NCBI GenBank assembly: GCA_031414955.1
Contig: JANOQV010000102.1
Coordinates: 23,774-87,773 of the forward strand
Direction: 5' to 3'
DNA: 64,000 nucleotides
From: Pedosphaera sp.
Lineage (GTDB): Bacteria > Verrucomicrobiota > Verrucomicrobiia > Limisphaerales > SIBH01
This document shows positions 11,328 through 20,773 of this stretch, piece after piece. The translations under genes and the position numbers were made by a program. Positions within the stretch are counted from its first letter, which is position 1; the number at the start of each line of letters is the position of its first letter. The notes under the pieces are model-generated. The model was not told the DNA's origin, searched no databases, and saw only the letters and a program-made list of their open reading frames with translations.

Positions 11328-11765
11328 TTAGGCGAAGGGCGGAGCGCGGGGCTGTCGCGGGCCGGGCGGTGATTCGCCCGGTGGACGGATGCGCTCGAAG
11401 ACAGGAACCGGTGGCTGCGGCTGCGGCTCAGAGACGAGAATTGAATTGACCGCAGGCAGAACGAAGACGGCGAGGGCCGACGCACTGGGCGCTTTCACCG
11501 ACGCCGTGAAAGTCAGCGTGTGGTCAGAGGCGCGGTGCGGTGTGTGATGGTCAGAGTCCGCGTCATCGTCGCCATCATCATGTCCATCGTGATGCAACGC
11601 GGAGTCTGCGACCGAGGCCAGCGAGTCTTCGAGATGCCTCTCGGTCGCGAGATGGATGGGAATGAAACTGACGTAGAAAGCGAACAGCAGCGCGACGAAA
11701 AGACGACCCCACCAGCCCGCCGTATTCGGCGTGCAGCGTGAGTGAAATGAAGCGCGTGCGGTCAC
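11328..11765 (-). CDS. His/Asp-rich leader protein with C-terminal Pro-rich RAPP motif (DUF2946/CutF/CruR-like)
   Basis: Hydrophobic N-terminal segment, HHDGHDDGDDDADSDHHTPH, and C-terminus PPGPRQPRAPPFA, directly upstream of the efflux operon. Start chosen at GTG 11765. Confidence 0.7.
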   Translation of the reverse strand: MTARASFHSRCTPNTAGWWGRLFVALLFAFYVSFIPIHLATERHLEDSLASVADSALHHDGHDDGDDDADSDHHTPHRASDHTLTFTASVKAPSASALAVFVLPAVNSILVSEPQPQPPVPVFERIRPPGESPPGPRQPRAPPFA

Positions 11766-11881
11766 AATCAACGAGGCGAAGGTATCTGCCCAGCCCGTGC
11801 AGCGTCCACCACCGAAATCGAAAACCGGGCCGAGCTTGCGGGACTTGACCGCAGAGCTTGCGTCGAACACATAGGGAGAGC

Positions 11882-12829
11882 ATGTCCTTCGACCGGAACC
11901 GCATGAAGCAGGCAGCCGCCTCGCTGGCCGAGCGCGGCGTCTACATCGGCACGTCGTCGTGGAAATATGCTGGCTGGCGCGGGTCGCTCTACGACGAGTC
12001 GCGCTACGTCTACAGAGGAAAGGTCGCGGAGTCGCGCTTCGAGAAGCAGTGCCTCGCCGAGTATGCTGAGGTCTTCAAGACCGTTTGTGTAGACGCGGCC
12101 TACTATAGATTTCCCGACCGCCGCTACCTCGAAGGCATGGTGTCGCAGGTGCCTTCGGATTTCCTGTTCGGCTTCAAAGTCACAGATGAAATCACCATCA
12201 AGAGGTTCACCAACCTGCCACGCCACGGCATCCGCGCAGGCAAACCGAACGAGCACTTCCTGAACGCTGACTTGTTCGCTGCTGCGTTCGTCAAACCGTG
12301 CGAAGAGTTCCGCCAGAACGTCGGCCTGCTCATGTTCGAGTTCAGTCATTTCTATCCGACCGACTTCGCCCGTGGCCGTGATTTCGTAGACGCGCTCGAC
12401 CAGTTCCTCGGCAAGATTCCGAAGGGCTGGCCTTACGGCGTCGAAATCCGAAACAAGACCTTCCTGCATCCCGATTACTTCTCAGTGCTGGCCAAGCACA
12501 CCGTCGCCCACGTCTACAATTCATGGGCCGACATGCCGCCCGTAGACGAGCAGATGGCGATGGCGGGCAGCCTGACGAACCCTCATCTGTGCGGCGCGAG
12601 GTTTCTCCTGCGGCCCGGTCGGAAGTATCAGGAGGCCGTTGACCTGTTCAGCCCTTACGACCGCGTGAAAGAGCCGAACACCGAAGTTCGTGCCGCCGGG
12701 GCCAAGCTCATCAAGGGAGGCGCTGCCGCCGGAAAAGAAAAACGGAAGACGCTCATCTACGTGAACAACAGAATGGAGGGAAATGCACTGGCCACGATTG
12801 AGGCGATGGTCGAGCAGGCCGAAGTCTGA
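11882..12829 (+). CDS. DUF72 (YecE-like) TIM-barrel protein
   Basis: YIGTSSWKY..W, FKTVCVDAAYY, FGFKV...IT, VEIRN, IYVNN motifs. Confidence 0.88.
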   Translation: MSFDRNRMKQAAASLAERGVYIGTSSWKYAGWRGSLYDESRYVYRGKVAESRFEKQCLAEYAEVFKTVCVDAAYYRFPDRRYLEGMVSQVPSDFLFGFKVTDEITIKRFTNLPRHGIRAGKPNEHFLNADLFAAAFVKPCEEFRQNVGLLMFEFSHFYPTDFARGRDFVDALDQFLGKIPKGWPYGVEIRNKTFLHPDYFSVLAKHTVAHVYNSWADMPPVDEQMAMAGSLTNPHLCGARFLLRPGRKYQEAVDLFSPYDRVKEPNTEVRAAGAKLIKGGAAAGKEKRKTLIYVNNRMEGNALATIEAMVEQAEV

Positions 12830-12885
12830 CTCGATTTCTTGCAACGACTCACTGAAACTGTAGACGAGAATTGATTCGCGGACGT

Positions 12886-13203
12886 ATGCCGAAGACGAAG
12901 AGGAAGCCCATCGAAATGCCCATCATGCCGGAGATGTGCGCGACGTGTCCGTTCCGGGAAGACAGGGACGGCGTGGACGAAGTTCGCACCGGCGTCATGC
13001 AGCGCGTGCTCAACGAAGGCAGCCAGACCTGTCATTCGACCGGCATCGCCAACGGGGAACCGCACGACTCCCACCTGTGCCGTGGAGCCAGAAACTTTCA
13101 GTTGGAGGTTTTCGCCCGCATGGGCGTGATTGAAGAACCGACCGACGAGGCATGGGACAAGCGTTGCCAGTCGATGGGCTTGCTCAAGAGCGCAACTTCT
13201 TGA
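12886..13203 (+). CDS. Small Cys/His-rich putative Zn-binding protein
   Basis: CATCPFR...TCH...LCRG pattern. Confidence 0.6.
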   Translation: MPKTKRKPIEMPIMPEMCATCPFREDRDGVDEVRTGVMQRVLNEGSQTCHSTGIANGEPHDSHLCRGARNFQLEVFARMGVIEEPTDEAWDKRCQSMGLLKSATS

Positions 13204-13520
13204 AGCGGGGTGCGCGGTCAGAGCAACCGTTCCACGACATCAGCCGGGCTGGCCGCAGAAGTGATGGCTTGCTGAATCCGCGTCAGGTCTTTGGCGATGC
13301 TGACTGGGAGATTGGAGGTCGCGGCGACTGTCAGGGGGCTTCCCTTCCGGCGACGCGGCGGATTTTTTCTTCTGTGGTGAGTTTGCACCAATCGTGCGGC
13401 TAAATTCATACGTTAAATACGAGTCTGGTTCCTTCCAGCACGGCATCGCCGTGAACAGCGGAAATCGGTCGAAAATTGCCCCGACATCGTTTGGAACGCA
13501 AGCCGAGTTCCACGGATGGA

Positions 13521-13563
13521 TTGACACTCCCAAAACGAGGGATACCGTAAGCCCTTACGGTAT
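13521..13563 (+). promoter_or_regulatory. Sigma70-like promoter with overlapping palindromic operator upstream of lexA
   Basis: TTGACA (13521-26), a 16-nt spacer, TACCGT (13543-48). Perfect inverted repeat ATACCGTAAG-CC-CTTACGGTAT (13542-13563) covers the -10 and the ATG. Confidence 0.65.
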
Positions 13564-14185
13564 GCCTGAACTCACGGAACGACAGCAGCAAATCGTCGAT
13601 TTCATCGACCGGCAGCAGCACAAGCGGGGCGTCACGCCTACGCTCACGGAGATTGCCGCTCACTTTGGTTTCCGCAGCGTGACGACCGTGGCCGACCACT
13701 TGCGCCTCATCCGGCAGAAGGGCTTTCTGACCGGCGGCGAGCCGGGCCAAGCGCGTTCCTTGCGCGTTATCTCTCCCCTGCACGCCCTCCGTAAGCGGGT
13801 CGTGGACATTCCTGTCTACGGCTCCATCCCCGCCGGGTTCGCAGACGACCGGAAGCAGGAGGCGAAGGGCTGCGTGTCCATTGACATCGAGACGCTGGGC
13901 ATCAAACCGACGCCACGCACGTTCGCGCTCGAAGTCCGGGGCGACTCCATGATTGGGAAGTGCATCATGGACGGCGACCTCGTGGTGCTCGAACACGGCA
14001 TGACGCCGCGCACGGGCGACGTGGTTGCCGCGCTCATCGACAACGAGAGCACGCTCAAGACCTTTTTGCTCAACCGCAGCAAGCCGTTCCTCCGCGCTGA
14101 AAACCCAAAGTTTCCCGACCTCATCCCGGCGCACGAGTTGGTGATTCAGGGCGTCATGGTCGCGCTCATTAGAAAACGGAAATGA
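13562..14185 (+). CDS. lexA: LexA repressor
   Basis: LTERQQQI wHTH, IPAG cleavage site, VRGDSM (Ser) and TLKTF (Lys) catalytic dyad. Confidence 0.92.
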   Translation: MPELTERQQQIVDFIDRQQHKRGVTPTLTEIAAHFGFRSVTTVADHLRLIRQKGFLTGGEPGQARSLRVISPLHALRKRVVDIPVYGSIPAGFADDRKQEAKGCVSIDIETLGIKPTPRTFALEVRGDSMIGKCIMDGDLVVLEHGMTPRTGDVVAALIDNESTLKTFLLNRSKPFLRAENPKFPDLIPAHELVIQGVMVALIRKRK

Positions 14186-14191
14186 GTCTGA

Positions 14192-17100
14192 GTGCCCCGC
14201 GTCATTGTCCATCTCGATGCCGACGCTTTCTTCGCGTCGGTGGAACAAGCTGCCGACTGCCGCTTGCGCGGCAAGCCCATCGCGGTCGGCGGTGAGAAGC
14301 GCGGCATCATCGCCTCAGCTTCTTACGAAGCGCGAAAGTTCGGCGTCTACACGCCCATGCCCACAGTCCGGGCACGGAAGTTGTGTCCCAAGCTCATCGT
14401 GCTGCCCGGCGACTTCGACAAGTATGAGCACTTCTCCCGCTGGATGTTCAGCTACGCGCAGGACTTCACGCCGGACGTGGAGATTGCCAGCATCGACGAA
14501 GGCTACTTCGACCTGAGCGCCGTGCGGAAGCCGCCGATGACCGTGGCGGAAACCATCCGCACGGCCATCCGACAGTCGCTCAAGATTTCTGTCAGCGAGG
14601 GCGTCGGCAGCAACAAACTCGTCAGCCAGATTGCCTCGAAGCTGACCAAGCCCTGCGCGTTCAGTGAAGTGCCCGCTGGAAACGAAATCTCATTCCTCCA
14701 TCCACTGCCGAACAAGTGGCTGCCCGGCGTCGGCCCCGCGACCGCGCAGCGTCTTAATGCTGCCGGGCTGGCCTACATCCGCCACATCTCGGCGACGCCC
14801 ACGGACATGTTGCACATGCTGGTGGGCAACATGGCCCCCGCGCTCAAGGCGCACGCGGATGGCATCGACGAGCGCCCGGTGATGCCGATGAGCGCACCAG
14901 CCAAGTCCTACGGCCAGCAGCAGACCTTCGACGCGGACATCACGGACGAAGAGTTTGCCGAGGCCGTGCTCCGGCGCATGGCCGATGACCTGATGGCCAA
15001 GGTGCGGGCGGACGGCAAGAGCATCCGCACGCTGACCGTGAAGGTGCGCTACAACGACATGGGTGAAGACCAGTGCGGCGAGAGCCTGCTGGAACCGACC
15101 GACCTCGAAACGGATTTGTATGGTCGTCTACACGTTCTCTTCCGTCAGGCGTGGAAACGGCGCGTCAGCCTGCGGCTCGTCTCGCTCAAGCTCTCGAATG
15201 TCTACGACGGCATCTTCCGCGCTGAACTCGCGCTCGAACGGTCAGCCGACCAGCACGACGCCCGGCGGCGCGTGGCCCAAGTTGTAGACGAACTTCGTCG
15301 CACACGCGGGCGTGAGGTCATCCTGCGCGGGCACGACTTCCGGTTACGCGATGCGCCGATGGACACCGCGAAGTTTTTGGAACAGCAGAGCGTGATGAAG
15401 CCTCGTGCGGTCGTGCGCGTGCCCATGCGCCGGGTCACACCGACCAGCTACGTGCCCCTGAGCGTTCACAGCGCCTATTCATTTCTGAACTCCACGCTCA
15501 CCGTGGATGCCATCGTTGCGCTGGCGAAGAAGCGCGGCCTGTCCGCCGTGGCACTCGCGGACGCCGGGAACTTGCACGGCGCGGTGGAGTTCACGCAGGC
15601 AGCGAAGAAGGCAGGAATCAAACCCATCCTCGGTGCAACTGTGCTGGTCGATGGTCAGGCCGCACACTTCTACGTTCAGAACACGACCGGCTATCACAAC
15701 CTCTGCCGTCTGCTTTCCACGACCACGCCGCACGCCGAATCCGACGAGGACTCCACCGAGCCGCGCCATGTGCGTCTTCGTCTACAAGAGTTGCATAGCC
15801 TGAACGACGGGCTGATTGCGGTCAGCGCGGACATGCGCCTGTCTACAGTTTTCGGTGAGCGGTTCTATCGCGCAGTGATGGACGTAGACGAAGCGAAGTT
15901 GGCCAGAGGTTCGCGCTGCGTTGCCGCTCTGTCTGTTCACTACGCCGAGAGTGCTGACCGCTGGAAGTGGAACATCGTCCAGTCCATCCGCACGCGCACG
16001 CTATTGCGGCAGGCGCATCCGGGCAAAGTGCTCGACGGCGACTTTCATCTGCGAACCCCGGCGGAGATGACGACGCTGTTCCGGGATTTTCCCGATGTGC
16101 TGACGAACACGTTCGAGTTGACCGAGCGTTGCACGTTCGAGCTACCGCTCGGTGCGCCGCAGTTCCCGGCGTTCAAGCCGGAGGATGGTTCAACGTCTCG
16201 CGCCTTCCTGCGGAAGCTCGTGCTCGAAGGACTGCACCGCCGTTACCGCGACCGGGCCGACGTGATGCACGCGCAGGTGGACGAGGAACTGGGCATCATC
16301 GCCGAGGTCGGCTACGAGGACTACTTCCTCGTGGTCTGGAACATCCTGCAAGAGTGTCGGCGGCTCGGCATCGAGTGGATTACCCGTGGCAGCGCGGCGG
16401 ACTCGCTCGTGTGCTACTGCCTCGGCATCTCCGACGTGTGCCCTATCCGGTTCGACCTCTACTTCCGCCGCTTCTTGAACAAGGAGCGCATGGCCATGAA
16501 GAAGCTCCCGGACATCGACATCGACTTCGCCCACGACCGGAAGGACGACGTGGTGGACATCATCTTTGGAATTTACGGTCGTAAATTTGCGGCAGTAGTC
16601 GGCGGCTTCTCCACTTTCCAAGCGCGGTCGGCGTTTGCCGAAGTGGCCAAGGTGCTCGGCGTCGCGGAGCGTGAAGTGCGGAAGTTCACCGACCACTTCC
16701 CGTGGAGCTTCGGCGGCGGCTGGGTGCCCAACGAGCCAACTCCGAGCGGCGGCATGGGCCTGATGGAGATGCTCAAGGCCAGCCCGGAGAACCGTGACCT
16801 CCCGTTCGACGAAGAGCCTTACCGCACGGCGTTGCTCATGGCCGACTTCCTCGACGGGATGCCGCGCTACCCGAAGATGCACCCGTGCGGCGTCGTGCTC
16901 TCCTGTCAGCCGATGCTCGAACTGACGCCGACGTTCACATCGAACAAGGGCTACCCGACCACGCACTTCGACATGGATGCGGTCGAGGCCATCGGGCTGG
17001 TGAAAATTGACGTGCTCGCGCAAGGCGGTTTGGCAGCGATGCGCGATGCAAAGCAGTCGCTCGCCCGAAGCGGCATCGAGGTTGACCTTGCGAGACTGGA

Positions 17101-18544
17101 ACCGTGGCAGGATAAGAACGTCTGGGAGATGCTGGCCAGTGGCGGCTCGCGTGCGGTGCATCACATCGAGTCACCGGCGATGATTGGACTCTGCCGTCAG
17201 TGCAACGTGCGCGACATCGACGGACTCGTGGCCATCGTCAGCGTCATCCGGCCCGGCGCGGCCAACGAGGGGAAGAAACAGTCATTCGCACGGCGTTACC
17301 AAGGACTCGAACCCATCACGTATCCGCACCCGTCGTTGGAGGCGTGTCTCAGGAGCACGTTCGGGCTGGTGGTCTACGAAGAGCACATCCTGCAAATGTG
17401 CGAAGCCTTCGCCGGACTTCCTCCGGGTCGCGCCGACGTGTTGCGCCGTGCTCTGGCGAAATACAAGGAGCCGCTCATCGAGGAAATCCGCCGCGAGTTC
17501 TTCTACTGCGCGAAGGCACGCGGCCATGACGACGAGAAGACCGTCGAGGTCTGGAATCTGGTGCGTGGTTTTTCAGGCTACGCCTTCTGCAAGGCCCACA
17601 GCACGGCGTATGGCGTCGAGGCGTATCAGAGCGCGTGGCTCAAGCGTTACCACCCGGTCGAGTTCATGGCGGCGGTGCTGACCAACGGCAAGGGCTTCTA
17701 CCACGCTCTCGTCTACGTCCTCGAATGTCACCGGCTTGGCATAACGATGCTGCCGCCGTGCGTGACCAGTCCCGGCCCGCAGTTCTCCGTCGAAGGACAA
17801 TCCATCCGTGTGCCGCTGACTCGCGTGAAGGGACTCACCGAGCGCACGACCACACGCTTCTTGAGTGAGCATGGCCGTGGCCCGTTCACGTCCATGTCTG
17901 ACTTCTACCGGCGCGTCACGCCGACACCGGACGAGATGGAGTCGATGATTCGGGTCGGTGCGTTCGATTGCTTCGGCAAGACGCGCACAGCGCAGTTTTG
18001 GGAATCACGCCATCTGCACCAAGCCTTCGGCGAAACGTCCGCGCCCGGTCAGGGCTGGCTCCTGCCGCCGCCCGCGACCGACCGGCTGCCTGCGGTGCCG
18101 TTGCAGGAGCCGACACGCCGCCAACGTCTTGAGTGGGAAACCGAACTGCTCGACTTCACGGCCAGCGGTCATCCGCTCGAACTCCACGACCAAATCGCGT
18201 GGAACACCTACTGCCCGGTGAACCGGCTCGGTGAGCACATCGGCCAGCAAGTCGTGACCTGCGGCCTCATCATCGAACAGCGCACGCACCATCAAATCAC
18301 CGGCGAGCCGATGAAGTTCCTCACCTTGTCTGACTGGACGGGCATGGTGGAGACGGAACTCTTCGCGCCGACGTATCGCAGTTACGGACTGGCGACCGTG
18401 CGCTACCCGGTGCTCGAAGTCACCGCGACCGTGGAGCCGTTTGAAAACGGGCGCGGGTTCTCGCTGCGCGTGCTGCACGCCGGGAAGCCACGAGCAGCGT
18501 CTACTGGCGCATCAGCTTCACCCGTGATTGAATCGCGCCCGTGA
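14192..18544 (+). CDS. Fusion of a Y-family polymerase (DinB-like) and an error-prone Pol III alpha (DnaE2-like)
   Basis: N-terminal HLDADAFFASVEQ, SYEARKFGV, SIDEGYFD. C-terminal PHP (VHSAYSF), RGSAADS, LPDIDIDF, KIDVLAQ, FCKAHSTAY and OB fold, all in one uninterrupted 1450-aa frame. Confidence 0.9.
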   Translation: MPRVIVHLDADAFFASVEQAADCRLRGKPIAVGGEKRGIIASASYEARKFGVYTPMPTVRARKLCPKLIVLPGDFDKYEHFSRWMFSYAQDFTPDVEIASIDEGYFDLSAVRKPPMTVAETIRTAIRQSLKISVSEGVGSNKLVSQIASKLTKPCAFSEVPAGNEISFLHPLPNKWLPGVGPATAQRLNAAGLAYIRHISATPTDMLHMLVGNMAPALKAHADGIDERPVMPMSAPAKSYGQQQTFDADITDEEFAEAVLRRMADDLMAKVRADGKSIRTLTVKVRYNDMGEDQCGESLLEPTDLETDLYGRLHVLFRQAWKRRVSLRLVSLKLSNVYDGIFRAELALERSADQHDARRRVAQVVDELRRTRGREVILRGHDFRLRDAPMDTAKFLEQQSVMKPRAVVRVPMRRVTPTSYVPLSVHSAYSFLNSTLTVDAIVALAKKRGLSAVALADAGNLHGAVEFTQAAKKAGIKPILGATVLVDGQAAHFYVQNTTGYHNLCRLLSTTTPHAESDEDSTEPRHVRLRLQELHSLNDGLIAVSADMRLSTVFGERFYRAVMDVDEAKLARGSRCVAALSVHYAESADRWKWNIVQSIRTRTLLRQAHPGKVLDGDFHLRTPAEMTTLFRDFPDVLTNTFELTERCTFELPLGAPQFPAFKPEDGSTSRAFLRKLVLEGLHRRYRDRADVMHAQVDEELGIIAEVGYEDYFLVVWNILQECRRLGIEWITRGSAADSLVCYCLGISDVCPIRFDLYFRRFLNKERMAMKKLPDIDIDFAHDRKDDVVDIIFGIYGRKFAAVVGGFSTFQARSAFAEVAKVLGVAEREVRKFTDHFPWSFGGGWVPNEPTPSGGMGLMEMLKASPENRDLPFDEEPYRTALLMADFLDGMPRYPKMHPCGVVLSCQPMLELTPTFTSNKGYPTTHFDMDAVEAIGLVKIDVLAQGGLAAMRDAKQSLARSGIEVDLARLEPWQDKNVWEMLASGGSRAVHHIESPAMIGLCRQCNVRDIDGLVAIVSVIRPGAANEGKKQSFARRYQGLEPITYPHPSLEACLRSTFGLVVYEEHILQMCEAFAGLPPGRADVLRRALAKYKEPLIEEIRREFFYCAKARGHDDEKTVEVWNLVRGFSGYAFCKAHSTAYGVEAYQSAWLKRYHPVEFMAAVLTNGKGFYHALVYVLECHRLGITMLPPCVTSPGPQFSVEGQSIRVPLTRVKGLTERTTTRFLSEHGRGPFTSMSDFYRRVTPTPDEMESMIRVGAFDCFGKTRTAQFWESRHLHQAFGETSAPGQGWLLPPPATDRLPAVPLQEPTRRQRLEWETELLDFTASGHPLELHDQIAWNTYCPVNRLGEHIGQQVVTCGLIIEQRTHHQITGEPMKFLTLSDWTGMVETELFAPTYRSYGLATVRYPVLEVTATVEPFENGRGFSLRVLHAGKPRAASTGASASPVIESRP

Positions 18545-18723
18545 AAGCACTCGACGAACTGTGCAAGGCCACGGGCACCTGTGCCGATGAATGGGAGTTC
18601 CTCGATGGCCCTGACAGCGGGTGCGGCGTGGATTACTGGCTCAAGCACAAGCCGACCGGCAAGGAAGCCTACGTCAATGATGACCAAGGCCATGTGAAAG
18701 TGGACTGCGAACTTGCTGGTTGA
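18541..18723 (+). CDS. Small acidic hypothetical protein
   Basis: GTGA overlap with the polymerase stop; typical codon usage. Confidence 0.5.
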   Translation: MKALDELCKATGTCADEWEFLDGPDSGCGVDYWLKHKPTGKEAYVNDDQGHVKVDCELAG

Positions 18724-18747
18724 ATCTACGAAAGCGAGAGACGACGT

Positions 18748-19137
18748 ATGCCCCAAGACCAAGAAACAGGAGCAGCAGGAGACGCCTTCGGTCGCCAGAC
18801 TGCGCCACTGATTGCACAAGCCATCGGCGCGACGATGCGAGGCGGCGCGAGCAATGAAGCGGATTTCAACGGGCAGCGCATCGTCATAAAGTGTGCCGGA
18901 CAGAAGACGCAGAGTGTCGGGGTTACTTACCAGATGCTCGACCGTCTTGACGCCATCATCGCTGCGTTCGAGCAGGGCGACGGTGCGTTCGAGGTCATCT
19001 CGTTGCCAGCCGACGTATACCGTCAACGCATGACTGAAACGCAAAGTCGTGGTGCATCTGCGGGCGCAGTCGGCATCGTCACGAAGAGCGTTTTCATTTC
19101 CGATGGACGCCCCATCTCAACTGTCCGTCCGCACTAA
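18748..19137 (+). CDS. Hypothetical protein
   Basis: 129-aa ORF with globular composition continuing the + strand operon. Confidence 0.55.
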   Translation: MPQDQETGAAGDAFGRQTAPLIAQAIGATMRGGASNEADFNGQRIVIKCAGQKTQSVGVTYQMLDRLDAIIAAFEQGDGAFEVISLPADVYRQRMTETQSRGASAGAVGIVTKSVFISDGRPISTVRPH

Positions 19138-20592
19138 TCATCGCAATTCCCCACGGCACCCCAGCGCGAACATCTTCGCGCCGATGCGGCAGAGCGCCTC
19201 GTGATACTCGCTGCTGAGATGGTCGAGGCTCTCGTTGTGCCCGAACTCGTGGATGATGAGTTGCACCACGTCGTCGGTGATGCCGCGCTCGAACCAGTCC
19301 GCGCCGAGCCGGAACTTGTTAAAGACCAGTTCGCCGCCGGGGCCGTAGGACGCGCCGCCGAGATGGTGAGGCGTGGAACAGAACTTCACGACAATCGAGC
19401 GGGACAAAACTTTGTCTGCCACACGCTGCGCGAACACGGCGACCTCGCGCATCCCGTCCGTCCACTTTGATTCGGGAATCCATTCACGGAACACGGCGGC
19501 GTTCGGGTCGTCTTCACCTGTCCAAACTTTCGGGCCGGGCGTCACCTGACCGGCGGGCTTGATGGCTTCGGCGCTCTTCACGTTCTTCCACGCGCTCGCT
19601 GACATCATGCCGCCGTGGACGACCGTGTAGCCCTCACTGACCGCGAGCTTGTTTGCCTCCGGGTCTGAGGGGTCGAAGGCCACGCGCTTTTCGCCGAAGC
19701 GTTGGCTCACGTAGCTCTGGACGGCCTCGGAGGTGCAGTCAGGTGAAGTCATCGCTGTCTCGGCCCACTCGCTGTTCACGTCCTCCGGGCCAAGAAGTGC
19801 GTGCATCTGATTGAAGACGCCCACGCGCACTTGCCGGAGAAATCCCGGCGGCACGTTCTCGCGGTCGATGGTGAGCGGCACCTTCTGGCCGATGTCGTAG
19901 TGCCACTTGTCTCCCGTCTCCACGACCGGGATGCCCATTTCGTAAAGCATCGCCGTCTCGCCGGGCTGCGGCGTGAAAAGCCGCACGCTCGTCTCACGAT
20001 TCACCCGGCGGAGAAATCCATCCGCGCTCGCGACCTCCGTGGGTAACGTGGTGGTGAACTGCTGCAACTCACTGCGAGGTTCAAGCGTAGTGCCGTTGAA
20101 CACCGTCTCGATGCCCGCCGGGCAAATCAGCTTCCTCACCTGATGCTCGACAGCGCGGCACTCGTCCTCGGTCATCCGCAGCAGGCACTCGATGCGGCTG
20201 CCGACCGGCTGACGTGTCCGTAGTGTGTGCCGACCATCGGCATCGAAACGGATGCCGCCCTTGGTCGTGCGGATGGTCACTTCATCACTGATGGCCAGCA
20301 CGAGCTTCTCGCCGAAGTTGAAGCGTCCGCGCTGCTGCGGGTTGGACTTCTTCGCCGACTCGGCGAAGAGCGTGAAGGCGTGGCTCAGGTCGTGGAAGCC
20401 TTCCGGGGCATCGTCCTCGACGACCAGCAGCACCCGGTTGCGGCCACGGTATTCGAGCGTCGCGCTGACCTTGGTGACGCCGGATTCATCCCACGCATTT
20501 TGGACAAGCTCGAACAGGACGAACTCCTTGCCCTTGCGTTCAAGAATTCGCGCCAGCCCGTGCTTATCAACTTCAAACCAGTTCTTCATCAT
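19138..20592 (-). CDS. GHKL (Hsp90/MutL-like) ATPase with C-terminal HExxH zincin-like domain
   Basis: ELVQNAWDE, VEDDAPEG, RGRFNFGEK; C-terminal IIHEFGH...DH. Confidence 0.75.
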   Translation of the reverse strand: MMKNWFEVDKHGLARILERKGKEFVLFELVQNAWDESGVTKVSATLEYRGRNRVLLVVEDDAPEGFHDLSHAFTLFAESAKKSNPQQRGRFNFGEKLVLAISDEVTIRTTKGGIRFDADGRHTLRTRQPVGSRIECLLRMTEDECRAVEHQVRKLICPAGIETVFNGTTLEPRSELQQFTTTLPTEVASADGFLRRVNRETSVRLFTPQPGETAMLYEMGIPVVETGDKWHYDIGQKVPLTIDRENVPPGFLRQVRVGVFNQMHALLGPEDVNSEWAETAMTSPDCTSEAVQSYVSQRFGEKRVAFDPSDPEANKLAVSEGYTVVHGGMMSASAWKNVKSAEAIKPAGQVTPGPKVWTGEDDPNAAVFREWIPESKWTDGMREVAVFAQRVADKVLSRSIVVKFCSTPHHLGGASYGPGGELVFNKFRLGADWFERGITDDVVQLIIHEFGHNESLDHLSSEYHEALCRIGAKMFALGCRGELR

Positions 20593-20773
20593 CCATACAT
20601 TTTACCAGAGGCGTTTTGGAAAAGTGGTGGATTTGGCTGGTTCCATTGGTGCAAACCCTTGCCAGCACAGTGCGAAAATAAACCGCTTGACGGGTTTTGA
20701 GCGGAATCCGAACAGGGTAAACGACGGCAACAAATCGGGCAAATGAGTCAGGTGCGCCGCACGCTCACTGATG

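Noticed and set aside
20640..20670. Sigma54 promoter-like TGGC..TTGC upstream of the GHKL gene
   Set aside because: GG-to-GC spacing is 9 nt rather than the required 10.
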